From Deinococcota bacterium (lineage in GTDB: Bacteria; Deinococcota; Deinococci; Deinococcales; Thermaceae), in NCBI GenBank assembly GCA_041695225.1, contig JBGFRI010000050.1:1-57285 (forward strand): a stretch of 57,285 nucleotides of DNA. The letters run 5' to 3'. Below the pieces are notes generated by a model. The model saw nothing but the letters and a program-made list of their open reading frames with translations. It was not told where the DNA came from and did not search any database. Positions 47,101 to 57,285 of the stretch are shown in pieces (positions within the stretch are counted from its first letter, which is position 1; the number at the start of each line of letters is the position of its first letter). A program made the translations under genes and the position numbers.

Positions 47101-48438
47101 TTAGGCCAGAAAATCCCGAAACCAGTAACCGGAGTCCTTCATGATACGCTGTTGGGTTGGGTAGTCCACATAGACCAGCCCGAACCGTGGCCGGTAGCCC
47201 TCGGCCCACTCGAAGTTGTCCATTAGTGTCCAGACCAGGTAGCCGTCTACCGGCACCCCCTCCTGCCTGGCTTTTAAAACCTGGGCCAGGTTGTCCTGGA
47301 TATACCGTAAGCGTTTGGGATCGTGAACCCGGCCATCCACCACCGTGTCGGGGAAGGCCGCGCCATTCTCGGTGACGATGATACGCTTCACGCCCTTGTA
47401 GGCAGCAAATTTCTTGAGCAGGTGGTACATGTTCTCCGGCCAGACCTCCCAGCCCATCTCGGTTAGCTCGTTGCCACGCAGGTGGTGCGGAACCTCCCTG
47501 GCCCAGCTACCAAAGCTAAAGGGGTCGAAGCGCACGATCTGCCGGAAGTAAGTCTGCAAGCCCACAAAGTCGAAATCGAAGGGTAGTTTCTCCATGTCGC
47601 CTGGTTTTATGTACCGCCGCAGGCCCAGCAGAAGCGGCATGGTTTTCCAGGGGTAGCCCAGCCCCAGGGCAGCCTCGAGAAAAATCCGGTTGGCGATGGC
47701 ATCGTAGCCAGCGGCGGCAGCCTTGCTAAGCCAGGTGGGGCCGCCGGGCTCTATGTGGGAGGCCGAGAAGGTGGTGCCGATCTGAGCATCGGGCACATTT
47801 GCTCGAACAACTCGGCCACCTTCGGCCTGGGCCAGCGCCACGTGATGGACAGCCGGCAGAAAGTTGCCAAAGCCTTTGCGTCCCGGTGCGTGGACGCCTT
47901 GCAGATGGCCTAGCACGGTGATGATGGTGGGTTCGTTGAGCACCAGCCAGTGCTTCACTTTGTCGCCATAGGCCCGGCTGCACACCTCCACATACTCACC
48001 AAACCACGCCACAATCTCGCGGTTGGTCCAGCCACCCTTGTCTTCCAAGACCTGCGGTAAGTCCCAGTGGTACAGGGTGACCCAGGGCTCTAAACCCAGT
48101 TCCAGGGTACGGTCAATCACCCGGTGGTAGAAGTCCAGGCCTTTTTGATTGACCTGGCCGGTTCCACCAGGGAGGATGCGCGGCCAGGCCAACGAGAAGC
48201 GATTGACCCGCATGTTCATTTCGCTTATCAGAGCAATATCTTCCTGGTAGCGATGGTAGAAGTCGCAGGCCAGGTCGCCGTTCTCTCCGGTTTTGATCTT
48301 GCCGGGGGTGTGGGAAAAAGTGTCCCAGATTGAAGGACTGCGCCCATCTTCGTTCACTCCGCCTTCAATCTGGTAAGAAGAGGTTGCCACTCCCCAGAGA
48401 AATCCGGGGCCAAAGTCTTGCTTGCTAAAGGATGCCAC
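47101..48438 (-). CDS. GH1 beta-glucosidase
   Basis: WGVATSSYQIEG, LNEP, VTENG, DNFEWAEGY..RFG. Confidence 0.95.
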   Translation of the reverse strand: MASFSKQDFGPGFLWGVATSSYQIEGGVNEDGRSPSIWDTFSHTPGKIKTGENGDLACDFYHRYQEDIALISEMNMRVNRFSLAWPRILPGGTGQVNQKGLDFYHRVIDRTLELGLEPWVTLYHWDLPQVLEDKGGWTNREIVAWFGEYVEVCSRAYGDKVKHWLVLNEPTIITVLGHLQGVHAPGRKGFGNFLPAVHHVALAQAEGGRVVRANVPDAQIGTTFSASHIEPGGPTWLSKAAAAGYDAIANRIFLEAALGLGYPWKTMPLLLGLRRYIKPGDMEKLPFDFDFVGLQTYFRQIVRFDPFSFGSWAREVPHHLRGNELTEMGWEVWPENMYHLLKKFAAYKGVKRIIVTENGAAFPDTVVDGRVHDPKRLRYIQDNLAQVLKARQEGVPVDGYLVWTLMDNFEWAEGYRPRFGLVYVDYPTQQRIMKDSGYWFRDFLA

Positions 48439-48611
48439 CCTTTCAATCTACCGGATTTGTCGGCCCTTTATCCACACATACGGCGTTTTCTTTCTGGTCT
48501 GTAGCCGCTTGGTAATCTGACCAGGTTTTACCGACAAACGTGTCAATACCCTGCTTCTGTCCAGTACACCAGAGGTCGGGCAGATGGTGCTGGCGTCCGG
48601 CTCCGTTTGGC

Positions 48612-49400
48612 CTACTGACCCACCACCTTTAGCAGCGCTCCATTGGGGTCGGTTAGGGTCCGGCTAACCTGGCCCCGGATGGCAATCTGATAACTCGGCA
48701 ACCCCGTAGATCCAGTCGGTGCGGTGCGCCCTCTGGCCCAGTGATTGATGGCAATGTGATGATGGTAGCCATCGGCAGCCAGGAAACGTGCCTCCGGATA
48801 ATCGCCCTGGGTGAGTGTTATCCCCAGCTGCTCAAAAAACCCCTGGGCCTGGTCCAGGTCGTCTACGTGCAGATGCAGGTGCCCGAGGGTGGTCTGGGGC
48901 GCAATTATTCCGCTCTGGGGTGCTTCAGAAAGGATTGCCTCGAGGTCCAGCCGCTCTGAGACCATGGCCAGGCGGCCTGCCCGAAAAGGCCAGTTTGCCC
49001 TGGGCCGGTCGCAGTATAGCTCGAGCCCGTTGCCCTCTGGGTCGGCCAGGTAGATGGCCTCCGAGACGCCGTGGTCCGAAGCTCCCTGAAAGTGAGGATA
49101 GCGGGCCTCCACCAGCCGCCGAAAAATGGCGGCCAGCGCGGGCCGGCTGGGCAGCAGCAAGGCAAAGTGATACAGCCCCAGGGTGGGTTGGGGGCGAAGC
49201 GGGGCCGAGGGTTCGTGTAGCAGGGTGAGGGTGAAGTGTAGTCCGGCGGGCGCCAGGTCGGTCTGGCGGTCCTTGCTGCTGATGACCTCGAGGCCCAGCA
49301 GATCGCGGAAGAAAGCCAGCTGAGGCTTTAGGTTCTTCACCCGCAGGGTCAGACCGGAAAGCGCTAGGGACGAAGCAGGGGTCAGTTGCATTGGGTTCAT
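48612..49400 (-). CDS. VOC family protein (CatE-like catechol 2,3-dioxygenase)
   Basis: GLYHFALLLP, DHGVSEAIYLADPEGNGLELY, GHLHL, GYHHHIAIN. Confidence 0.88.
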   Translation of the reverse strand: MNPMQLTPASSLALSGLTLRVKNLKPQLAFFRDLLGLEVISSKDRQTDLAPAGLHFTLTLLHEPSAPLRPQPTLGLYHFALLLPSRPALAAIFRRLVEARYPHFQGASDHGVSEAIYLADPEGNGLELYCDRPRANWPFRAGRLAMVSERLDLEAILSEAPQSGIIAPQTTLGHLHLHVDDLDQAQGFFEQLGITLTQGDYPEARFLAADGYHHHIAINHWARGRTAPTGSTGLPSYQIAIRGQVSRTLTDPNGALLKVVGQ

Positions 49401-49531
49401 GATATCCGCAGCACTATAAAAGGTGAAGTATAGCGGCCCTGAAACGATATGCCTTTAGCTCCGGCATATGGTCCTTTACCTGCCAGAACCGGATTTAGCC
49501 CATAGAGTCACAAGTACGATATTCTGGCCTC

Positions 49532-50347
49532 ATGCTGAAGCTGGGCGTAGATTTTGGCCTTTCCAATACCGATGTGGTACTGGTGGAGAACCAGACCATG
49601 GTGGCCAACCAGATGTTCGAGGCCGGGCCAGCCAGCGCCGATTCTCTGGCCGCGGTGCTTCGGGCCCTGGGCGTGCGGCCCGCGGAACTGGATGTGATTG
49701 CCTGCTGCGGGGGCTTGTCCCGTACACTGCCCGAAACCTTTGCCGGCATCGCCATCCAAAAAATTGGCGAGGCACAGGCGGTAGGGCGCGGGGGGCTGGC
49801 CCTGGCAGGGCTGCAGGAAGCGCTGGTAGTCTCGGCAGGAACCGGCACTGCCATGGTTGCCGCTCGAGAGACCGAGTTGCGACACTTTACCGGCTCGGCG
49901 GTGGGCGGCGGCACCCTGCTGGGCTTGTCGCGTCTGCTGCTGGGCACTACCGACCCCCTCGAGGTGGCCCGGCTGGCTGCCCAGGGCGATTCGGGCCGGG
50001 TAGACTCTACGCTGCTAGACGTTATCGGAGGAGGCATTGGCCACCTGCCCCCAGATGCCACCGCGGTCAACTTGGGGCGGTTACTAAAGGGTAGTGAGCC
50101 TAGCCGGGAAGACCTGGCAGCGGGCCTGGTCACAATGGTGGGTCAGGTGATCGCGGTTGTTGCTATCAATGCTCTGAAGGCTGCCGAATTACGACAGGTT
50201 GTTATCGTGGGACACCTACCCGACCTGGATCCTATACGCAGAGCCTTCGAGCGGGTCTGGTATTTTTACCAGCTAGACCCCAAGCCGCTAATTCCCCCTA
50301 AGTCGGGCTGGGCCACGGCCTATGGCGCAGCACTAAGCGCCATCTGA
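49532..50347 (+). CDS. Type II-like (Fumble/ASKHA) pantothenate kinase
   Basis: GVDFGLSNTD, VSAGTGTA, GSAVGGGTLLGL, TAVNLG. Confidence 0.75.
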   Translation: MLKLGVDFGLSNTDVVLVENQTMVANQMFEAGPASADSLAAVLRALGVRPAELDVIACCGGLSRTLPETFAGIAIQKIGEAQAVGRGGLALAGLQEALVVSAGTGTAMVAARETELRHFTGSAVGGGTLLGLSRLLLGTTDPLEVARLAAQGDSGRVDSTLLDVIGGGIGHLPPDATAVNLGRLLKGSEPSREDLAAGLVTMVGQVIAVVAINALKAAELRQVVIVGHLPDLDPIRRAFERVWYFYQLDPKPLIPPKSGWATAYGAALSAI

Positions 50348-50373
50348 GAGATTTTGACTGGCAGGACGTATTC

Positions 50374-51165
50374 ATGCGCATTACATCGCTGTCTAACCCC
50401 CGCATCAAGGCGGCTGCGGCACTAAAGGAGCGTAAGGAGCGGGAGCGGACAGGGCTGTTTTTGATTGAAGGCTGGCGCGAGATCGAGCGGGCGCTTGCGG
50501 CGGGGATTGTTATGTTAGAAGCGTACCGCGCCCCGAACCTGAACCCCGACGAGGCTCGAGTGGCGGCCAGGCTCCACCTGATAGAGCGTTCAGGAGTGTT
50601 TGAACTGTCCCAGCCGCTGCTCAAGAAACTGAGCAGCCGCGAGAACCCTGCGGGCCTGGCAGTGGTGGCTTCGGCCCCAACGCCTTCTCTGGCGGCATTC
50701 CAGCCCTCCAGTAGGGCCCTGGTCCTGGTATCGGTGGGGCTGGAAAAACCCGGCAACCTGGGGGCCTTGCTGCGCTCGGCAGACGCTGCCGGGGCCGATG
50801 CGGTGCTGGTATCGGGCGGGGTAGACCTTTATAGCCCGCAGGTGATCCACAACTCCACCGGGGTGGTTTTTTTACTGCCCACTTTTTCCGCTTCCGAGCA
50901 AGCGGTGCTGGACTGGCTGCGCGAGCACCAGATTCCAATGGTTGCCACCAGTCCGCAAGCCGATAAAACCTACTGGGAGGTGGATATGCGTGGGCCGGTA
51001 GCCATTGTGCTGGGGCCGGAACACCAGGGTCTGAGCAGCCAGTGGCTAAGCCGAGCCGAGCTAAAGGTTCGCATTCCAATGCAGGGCCATGCCGACAGTC
51101 TTAATGTCTCGGCAACGGCGGCTTTGATGTTGTATGAAGCTATGCGCCAGCGTCGGATAGGATAA
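50374..51165 (+). CDS. TrmH/SpoU family RNA methyltransferase
   Basis: ITSLSNPRIK, EKPGNLGALLRSADA, GPEHQGLS, IPMQG..DSLNVS. Confidence 0.93.
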   Translation: MRITSLSNPRIKAAAALKERKERERTGLFLIEGWREIERALAAGIVMLEAYRAPNLNPDEARVAARLHLIERSGVFELSQPLLKKLSSRENPAGLAVVASAPTPSLAAFQPSSRALVLVSVGLEKPGNLGALLRSADAAGADAVLVSGGVDLYSPQVIHNSTGVVFLLPTFSASEQAVLDWLREHQIPMVATSPQADKTYWEVDMRGPVAIVLGPEHQGLSSQWLSRAELKVRIPMQGHADSLNVSATAALMLYEAMRQRRIG

Positions 51166-51221
51166 ATGAAAGGGCGCTTGCGGAACTTGCGGAAATAGTT
51201 TGGGCTCTATGGACAGGACAG

Positions 51222-51251
51222 TAGCATGGCCGAGGCTGAAAGGGCCTACTC
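51222..51251. repeat. 30-bp dispersed repeat, copy 2
   Basis: tagcatggccgaggctgaaagggcctactc. Confidence 0.8.
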
Positions 51252-51292
51252 TATTCTGGTGTTTTCATAGCCGCAGCAAGGTCGGCCATGCG

Positions 51293-51329
51293 TTCTCCCT
51301 CTCCCCCTGGGAGAGGGTTGGGGTGAGGG
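51293..51329. repeat. REP-like palindrome
   Basis: ccctctccc-cct-gggagaggg-ttggggtgaggg. Confidence 0.7.
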
Positions 51330-51820
51330 CTCTAATCAGCTAACCTCGGGATTCCAAACATGGATCGCAGTTTGCGCGCAGTATTGGCCTGAGTCCATGG
51401 CGAACATGGCGAATGGCGCATACTTGCGCGCCACGGGTCTGAGCATAGATAGCCAACGCCCCTCTCCCGACGGAAAAGAGGAGAGACCACTGCGTTTTTA
51501 GCAAATGCCCAACCCACACCGAAGCAGAAAGAGCCGGAATTTTGACCAACCCTAAGCCCTCAGGGCTGCAAGGCTGTGAGCACAGAAAGCCGCGTAAAAT
51601 TTCTCTTGCTCCCGGATTCTGCTAGAGACGTAATAAAATTGACCGGAGGGCTTTAGACGGATTTCCAGGGTAAGCAAAAGTGGCTTAAATCGGGTTTGGG
51701 GAGACCCTCGCAGGCCTACCTCGGGACATAACTTGATACCATACGACTCAACTGTTTTAGGTCTTATCATCCAGTCCTCTTGACATTCTCATGGATAACC
51801 CGGAATAATATGTCTCTGGG

Positions 51821-51847
51821 TTGACACTCGAATCAATCAAGTGTCAA
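51821..51847 (+). promoter_or_regulatory. CIRCE-like (HrcA) operator
   Basis: TTGACACTC-N9-AAGTGTCAA upstream of groES. Confidence 0.75.
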
Positions 51848-51877
51848 CACACAATCAAGAAGCAGACAGGAGGACAC

Positions 51878-52171
51878 ATGCCAACCAAGACTGCCATCAA
51901 GCCGTTGGGCGACCGAGTTGTAGTAAAACGTCTAGAAGAAGAGCAAGTGACCCGGGGCGGGATTGTGCTGCCCGACAGCGCCAAGGAAAAACCCCAAAAG
52001 GGCAAGGTGATTGCTGTGGGGGCAGGCCGCTATGAGGATGGCGAGCGCATCCCCATGGACGTGAAGGAGGGTGACATCGTGGTGTTTGCTAAGTACGGCG
52101 GCACCGAGATTGAACTGGATGGCGAAGAGTACATCATTCTCTCCGAACGCGACCTGCTGGCAGTGATGTGA
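51878..52171 (+). CDS. groES: Co-chaperonin GroES
   Basis: [38 protein letters not shown]. Confidence 0.98.
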   Translation: MPTKTAIKPLGDRVVVKRLEEEQVTRGGIVLPDSAKEKPQKGKVIAVGAGRYEDGERIPMDVKEGDIVVFAKYGGTEIELDGEEYIILSERDLLAVM

Positions 52172-52177
52172 GCACAG

Positions 52178-52248
52178 GCCGATTGTCTATAGCCGATAGT
52201 CGATAGCAAGGTTACCAGCCAATAGACCATCCACCATTGACCATAGAC
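52178..52248. repeat. Degenerate 7-bp repeats between groES and groEL
   Basis: gccgatt gtctata gccgata gtcgata .. gccaata gaccatc caccatt gaccata. Confidence 0.7.
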
Positions 52249-52270
52249 TTTTTTTGAAAGGAGCACAACA

Positions 52271-53911
52271 ATGGCAAAAATGCTGGTTTTCGATGAAGCC
52301 TCCCGCCGTGGCCTCGAGCGCGGGATGAACGCAGTAGCCAACGCTGTAAAGGTAACTCTTGGCCCCCGTGGGCGCAATGTGGTGCTGGAAAAGAAATTTG
52401 GTAGCCCAACCATCACCAAAGACGGGGTCAGCGTGGCCAAAGAAATTGAGCTAACCGACCACCTGGAGAACATCGGCGCTAAGCTGATGATCGAGATTGC
52501 CTCCAAAACCAACGACATCACCGGCGACGGCACCACCACGGCTACGGTATTGGGCCAGGCCATCGTGCGTGAGGGGCTGCGCAACGTGGCAGCAGGGGCC
52601 AACCCCCTCGACCTCAAGCGTGGTATCGAAAGGGCGGTGGAGGCCTCGGTCAAGAGCATCCTCGAGATGGCAGTGCCGGTAAACGACCGGAAGGCCATTC
52701 TGGAGGTGGCTAGTGTCTCGGCCAACAACGACCTCGAGATTGGCGGCCTGATTGCCGATGCCATGGAGAAGGTTGGGCGCGAAGGCGTAATTACCGTAGA
52801 AGAGTCCAAGAGCCTCGATACCGAGTTAAACTTTGTGGAGGGGTATCAGTTTGACAAGGGCTACATCTCGCCTTACTTCGTCAACAACCCCGATGCCATG
52901 GAGGCCCAGCTCGACGACCCCTACATCCTGATTACCGAAAAGAAGGTTACCAACGTACGCGAGCTGCTGCCGGTGCTCGAGCAGGTTGCCCAGACCGGCA
53001 AGCCTCTGCTAATTATCGCCGAAGACATCGAAGGCGAAGCCCTGGCTACCCTGGTAGTCAACCGTCTGCGTGGCACCTTGAACATTGCTGCAGTTAAGGC
53101 CCCTGGCTTCGGCGACCGCCGCAAAGAGATGCTCAAAGACCTGGCGGCCATCACCGGCGGCACCGTGATTAGCGAGGAACTGGGCTTCAAGCTGGAAAAC
53201 GCTACGCTCTCCATGTTGGGCCGCGCCGAGCGGGTGCGTATCAATAAAGAAGAGACCACCGTGGTGGCTGGCAAGGGCAAGAAGGAAGAGATTGAAGCCC
53301 GCATTAACGGCATTAAGAAGGAGCTCGAGACCTCCGATAGCGAGTATGCCAAGGAAAAGCTCCAAGAGCGCCTGGCCAAGCTGGCGGGTGGAGTGGCCGT
53401 AATCCGGGTAGGAGCTGCTACCGAGACCGAGCTCAAAGAAAAGAAGCACCGCTACGAGGACGCCCTTTCTACCGCTCGCGCTGCCGTGGAAGAAGGCATC
53501 GTGCCCGGCGGTGGGGTCGCCCTGCTGCGGGCCGTGCCTGCCGTCAAGAACGTGATCAAGGAGCTCGATGCCGACGAGGCCACCGGGGCCAGGATTGTGC
53601 TGCGCGCTCTGGAAGAGCCCACCCGCCTGATCGCTTCCAACGCCGGCTATGAAGGCAGCGTGGTGGTGAACAACATCCTGGGCAAGAAGGACAAGAACTA
53701 CGGCTTCAACGCCGTAACTGGTGAGTACGGCGACATGATGGAGTGGGGAATCGTAGACCCCGCCAAGGTGACCCGTACCGCTCTGCAAAACGCCGCTTCC
53801 ATCGGCGCGCTGATCCTCATGACTGAGGCCGTGGTGGCCGAAAAGCCCGAGGAGAAAAAGGCTCCTGCCATGCCTGCGGGCGGCGGCATGGGCGGCGACA
53901 TGGACTTCTGA
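52271..53911 (+). CDS. groEL: Chaperonin GroEL
   Basis: [20 protein letters not shown] tail. Confidence 0.99.
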   Translation: MAKMLVFDEASRRGLERGMNAVANAVKVTLGPRGRNVVLEKKFGSPTITKDGVSVAKEIELTDHLENIGAKLMIEIASKTNDITGDGTTTATVLGQAIVREGLRNVAAGANPLDLKRGIERAVEASVKSILEMAVPVNDRKAILEVASVSANNDLEIGGLIADAMEKVGREGVITVEESKSLDTELNFVEGYQFDKGYISPYFVNNPDAMEAQLDDPYILITEKKVTNVRELLPVLEQVAQTGKPLLIIAEDIEGEALATLVVNRLRGTLNIAAVKAPGFGDRRKEMLKDLAAITGGTVISEELGFKLENATLSMLGRAERVRINKEETTVVAGKGKKEEIEARINGIKKELETSDSEYAKEKLQERLAKLAGGVAVIRVGAATETELKEKKHRYEDALSTARAAVEEGIVPGGGVALLRAVPAVKNVIKELDADEATGARIVLRALEEPTRLIASNAGYEGSVVVNNILGKKDKNYGFNAVTGEYGDMMEWGIVDPAKVTRTALQNAASIGALILMTEAVVAEKPEEKKAPAMPAGGGMGGDMDF

Positions 53912-53930
53912 ACCCAAGCGTAATACAGCT

Positions 53931-53960
53931 CACCCAACCTTTCGAGGTTGGGTGTTTTTT
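53931..53960 (+). terminator. Rho-independent terminator of groESL
   Basis: cacccaacct-ttcg-aggttgggtg followed by tttttt. Confidence 0.9.
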
Positions 53961-53967
53961 GGCCTGG

Positions 53968-54270
53968 CTAACCGAGCCTGGCTTCCCATTGGGCAAGGGC
54001 CTTTAGCGCGGGCTGCAAGGCCTGGCCCAAAGAGGTCAGGGCATACTCCACCCGTGGGGGCGCCTCGCTATATTCTGTTCGGCTAATCAGACCGAAGGTT
54101 TCAAGCTCCTTGAGTCGAAGCGAAAGGGTGCGCGGGGGCAAGCCGGTGGCCTGCTGCAATGCGCCAAACCGCAGCGGGCCGTTGTAGAGCGAATGCAGGA
54201 GCCCGTATACCCCTCGTTGGCCCAGCAGTGCGAGCGCAGCCTCAAGCGGGCTTTCCGGCAGTGTAATCAT
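53968..54270 (-). CDS. HxlR family transcriptional regulator
   Basis: GPLRFGAL, TLSLRLKELE..GLISR, PPRVEYALT.LG. Confidence 0.88.
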   Translation of the reverse strand: MITLPESPLEAALALLGQRGVYGLLHSLYNGPLRFGALQQATGLPPRTLSLRLKELETFGLISRTEYSEAPPRVEYALTSLGQALQPALKALAQWEARLG

Positions 54271-54533
54271 GTCTCCAGGTTACCTGTGGTTTTTCCAGCA
54301 GGGTGATACCAGCATCACAATGAGCGTATAGTTATTCCCGGAATTGAATCCAGTATGAACTATACACAAGGTCGTGCGAATCCCTTATACCAACTCCCTT
54401 GAGGACTGCCGGAAACAAAAAAGCCGCGAGTATGACTATGTGGCATTAGACATCGCTGTTTGAGCACCTTAAGGGCGATGTGCTTTAGGAGACTCAGATG
54501 TGGTTAGGGCTGCTGAAAAAAATAGATAGGGCT

Positions 54534-54911
54534 TCACAACATAGCCTGCCCGGTTTCCTCCTTTGCCTTGGGTTCTGGCAGGTATTGCCGCCCCCAGCGG
54601 TCTATGGCCACGATAACGGTTTGTAAAGCTTGGCCGGCCTCGGTCAGGGCATAGCTGGTGCGGGGAGGCATGGTGGAGTGGATGGTTTTACTGATTACAC
54701 CTATCTGCTCGAGCTTTTCTAAGCGCTGGGCCAGTGTAGCTGGGTTACAGCCGCCGACTGACCTGGATAGTTCGTTGAAGCCTTTGGGGTAATCCAGTAA
54801 GCTGCGGATGATATGCAGGGTCCACTTTTCCTGCAAAACGTTGATTGCCTCATAGACAGGGCAAAAGCTGTGATCTTGTTCAGTGGATTCTGAGGCGTCA
54901 GGCCTGATCAT
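54534..54911 (-). CDS. HxlR family regulator with N-terminal Cys (redox-sensing type)
   Basis: FCPVYEAINVLQEKWTLHII, FNEL, PPRTSYALT. Confidence 0.9.
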   Translation of the reverse strand: MIRPDASESTEQDHSFCPVYEAINVLQEKWTLHIIRSLLDYPKGFNELSRSVGGCNPATLAQRLEKLEQIGVISKTIHSTMPPRTSYALTEAGQALQTVIVAIDRWGRQYLPEPKAKEETGQAML

Positions 54912-55032
54912 AATTATGCCTACTATAGCACATAAGCTTTTTTAACTCAAATACTTGACATAACAAAGCGCTATGCAATATCATACACGTTGATTCGGGG
55001 CCTAATCCCCGATCAGACTATAGGAGGATAAA

Positions 55033-55569
55033 ATGAACTGGAATCTGGATAGTAGCCATACCACCGTTGCCTTTGCGGTAAAACATATGGGTATTTTTAC
55101 GGTTCGCGGCCAATTCAAAAAGGTTACAGGGACAGTTGTGGCTAGCGAGCTGGGCGTGCCCAGTAAAATTGATGTTGTCACTGATGCGGCCAGTATCGAG
55201 GCCGGCGACGTCCAGCGGGACGGCCACCTGCGTTCCCCCGACTTTTTGGATGTTGAAAAATACCCCGAGATGCGTTTTGTGAGCAACCAGATCGAAGCCC
55301 TGGGTGGTAGTCGGTATAAAATTTACGGCGGCCTGACTATTCGCAGCGTCACCAAGCCAGTAGTACTTGAGGCCGAACTGAGTGCCCCCGTTCAAGATCC
55401 TTGGGGCCTGACCCGCACTGGCGCTAGCGCAACCGGCGTGCTCAACCGCAAAGACTGGGGCCTGACCTGGAACCAGGTGCTGGAACTGGGTGCCCTGCTA
55501 GTTGGTGAAGAGGTGCGGTTTACGATCGAGGTGCAGGCGGTAGCGGCTCAGTCTGTTGCAGCAGCGTAA
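55033..55569 (+). CDS. YceI family protein
   Basis: [39 protein letters not shown]. Confidence 0.93.
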   Translation: MNWNLDSSHTTVAFAVKHMGIFTVRGQFKKVTGTVVASELGVPSKIDVVTDAASIEAGDVQRDGHLRSPDFLDVEKYPEMRFVSNQIEALGGSRYKIYGGLTIRSVTKPVVLEAELSAPVQDPWGLTRTGASATGVLNRKDWGLTWNQVLELGALLVGEEVRFTIEVQAVAAQSVAAA

Positions 55570-55800
55570 AGTTGCTGGTTTTGTGGAGGCAGTCTTTTCG
55601 CGTTAGGCTGGGGGTTTTCTGGTCAGGCGCATTGCTGACGGGCTGCCAGGCAGGTAAAGAGAGGCCAGACGGCTGAGAACGCAAATCCACTGTCCAGGAC
55701 ATTGTCAGCGGGAATGTCTTATCTTTAGCCAGTCGACCTGCCAGCTACAGTTGTCTGGTTGGTTTTTCCAGAAGATAACGAGTATACGAAAGGAGCGGGT

Positions 55801-56757
55801 ATGAAACCCGTCAATGGACTGCATCACGTGACCGCCATCGCCGGTAAGGCCCAGCGCAACCTTGACTTTTACTCGGGAGTGCTGGGGCTGCGCCTGGTCA
55901 AGAAGAGTGTAAATCAGGATGACCCTGGCACCTATCACCTTTTCTATGCCGACGCAGAGGGACGCCCCGGCACCGACCTGACCTTCTTCCCCTGGGAAAA
56001 TATGGCTCCTGGCCGCAAAGGCACCGGGCTTGCTGTAGAGGTGCAGCTAGCTGTGCCGCAGGGTAGCCTGTCTTTTTGGGAGGCTAGGCTACAAGGCTAC
56101 GGAGTACGGCTAGGAGACAGCGAGGAACGCTTTGGCGAAAAGGCGCTTCCCTTGCGCGATCCCGATGGCCTCGAGCTCGCCCTGGTCGAGACGGCCTGGC
56201 GGCCTTTTAGTCCCTGGGAAAAGAGCCCCGTTCCGGAAAACCGCCAGATCATGGGTCTGCATGGTGCCAGGCTGTGGCAACGAGCACTTGCCGCCAGCGC
56301 AAATTTTTTGACCAGGGCGATGGGTTTTGAGTTTGCCGGAGAGGAGAACGGCTGGAAGCGTTACATGGTGGCCGGCGGCGGTTCGGGCAGATTTTTAGAC
56401 ATACAGGAGCTACCTCATCAACCCAGAGGCCAGTGGGGAACCGGCAGCATTCACCACCTGGCCTGGAGAGTGGACGATACCGACCACGAAATGGAGGTTC
56501 GCGACCAGATTCTCGCCTATGGAATTCCGGCTACCAAACAGATAGATCGTTTCTGGTTTAGATCAGTTTATTTCAGGGAGCCAGGCGGCGTGTTGTTTGA
56601 GCTGGCCACCGATGGGCCTGGGTTTGCTGTGGACGAAGACCCCAGCAAGCTGGGCGAACTGTTGGTGCTGCCCCCGTGGCTCGAGCCACAGCGCCCGCAA
56701 ATTGAGGCGGTGCTGCCTGAGCTCGAGGCCCCCAAGGCTGGCCGACCTACGCATTAA
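55801..56757 (+). CDS. Ring-cleaving dioxygenase (MhqA/MhqO-like VOC)
   Basis: GLHHVTAI, VNQDDPGTYHLFY, GTDLTFF, GSIHHLAW, DRFWFRSVYFREPGGVLFELATDGPGF. Confidence 0.92.
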   Translation: MKPVNGLHHVTAIAGKAQRNLDFYSGVLGLRLVKKSVNQDDPGTYHLFYADAEGRPGTDLTFFPWENMAPGRKGTGLAVEVQLAVPQGSLSFWEARLQGYGVRLGDSEERFGEKALPLRDPDGLELALVETAWRPFSPWEKSPVPENRQIMGLHGARLWQRALAASANFLTRAMGFEFAGEENGWKRYMVAGGGSGRFLDIQELPHQPRGQWGTGSIHHLAWRVDDTDHEMEVRDQILAYGIPATKQIDRFWFRSVYFREPGGVLFELATDGPGFAVDEDPSKLGELLVLPPWLEPQRPQIEAVLPELEAPKAGRPTH

Positions 56758-57016
56758 GTACAGCAAAGGCCTGAACCCCCTGCGCAACGACGTATAGATG
56801 ACTACCGAAAACAAAAAGTCATGGTCATGCCTGACGCCCTGTTGGCTCGAGCCTCTATGGGGCCAACTCTGCGCCAGGTGAGAGAATGGGTTACGGCGGT
56901 GAAGGCACAAACTGTCAAAGTCAAGGTTAAAATGCCCTTTTGGTCGAACATCAGGGTATAAGTTTTCCATGAGCTGCGCGCACCCGTGGCGACGAAACCC
57001 AAGGGAGTTTCTTAGT

Positions 57017-57162
57017 AGGCCTCCTCGCAATGGAATGGATTTTTTCGTCATTGCGACCCTGAGGCGTAGCCGAAGGGGAAGCAATCCAGATCACCCCGGC
57101 GGCCAAAGTGCGTTCGCGCTCCTCCTGGATTGCTTCGTCGGCCTTTGGCCTCCTCGCAATGA
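57017..57162. repeat. Palindromic repeat element (GTCATTGCGA..GAAGCAATCC / GGATTGCTTCG..CTCGCAATGA type)
   Basis: Nested inverted arms; ggcctcctcgcaatg occurs twice. Confidence 0.8.
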
Positions 57163-57165
57163 ACC

Positions 57166-57285
57166 TAGTATGTCAAGTAGGCCCACCAGCCTCAGCCTTC
57201 AAGACCCGGTAGACCTCCCGAGCCAGATAGGTCTTGAGCAGGCGCAGAGCCTCCCGTGAGGTTTTACCCTCAGCCTGCTTACGCA
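57166..57285 (-). mobile_element. 3' end of an IS110 family element (partial transposase, stop at 57173)
   Basis: Minus-strand frame RKQAEGKTSREALRLLKTYLAREVYRVLK.. followed by TTGACATACTAG. Confidence 0.75.

Noticed and set aside
53009..53917. Long antisense ORFs (also 12885-13658, 33130-33852, 7582-8241)
   Set aside because: Shadows of well-supported genes on the opposite strand in GC-rich DNA
56760..57010. ORFs downstream of the dioxygenase gene
   Set aside because: No recognisable product; they overlap repeats or the neighbouring gene

Overview
GC-rich Thermaceae-like chromosomal window, probably Meiothermus (inferred from gene content, leaderless TANNNT promoters and intergenic 7-bp repeat arrays). 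The backbone carries rnpB, ffs, tRNA-Trp, moaC, an lptF/G/D-like operon, mce, rarA, coaBC, coaA, proBA, pepF, groES/EL and quinone-stress genes. An accessory region at about 15.1-29.1 kb holds an apparently uncharacterised RiPP system. It has two precursor peptides with a shared leader ending in EEG and Ile/Pro-rich cores, and a B12-dependent radical SAM C-methyltransferase-like gene split by an IS3 element. A divergent M16 peptidase/wHTH/MFS operon, GGCAACC tandem operators and a large TPR/BTAD-type regulator complete it. The same region has an inverted, deleted paralogous copy of the peptidase-HTH-MFS operon and two tandem Cys-rich peptide/small membrane protein cassettes (one split by an IS5). 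Further right are a minimal soxYZ/FCSD/Rieske cluster with a CsoR/CstR-like operator, a HepT/MntA toxin-antitoxin pair, several gene remnants, and the end of an IS110 element abutting a palindromic repeat. All calls come from reading the sequence; no database searches were run.
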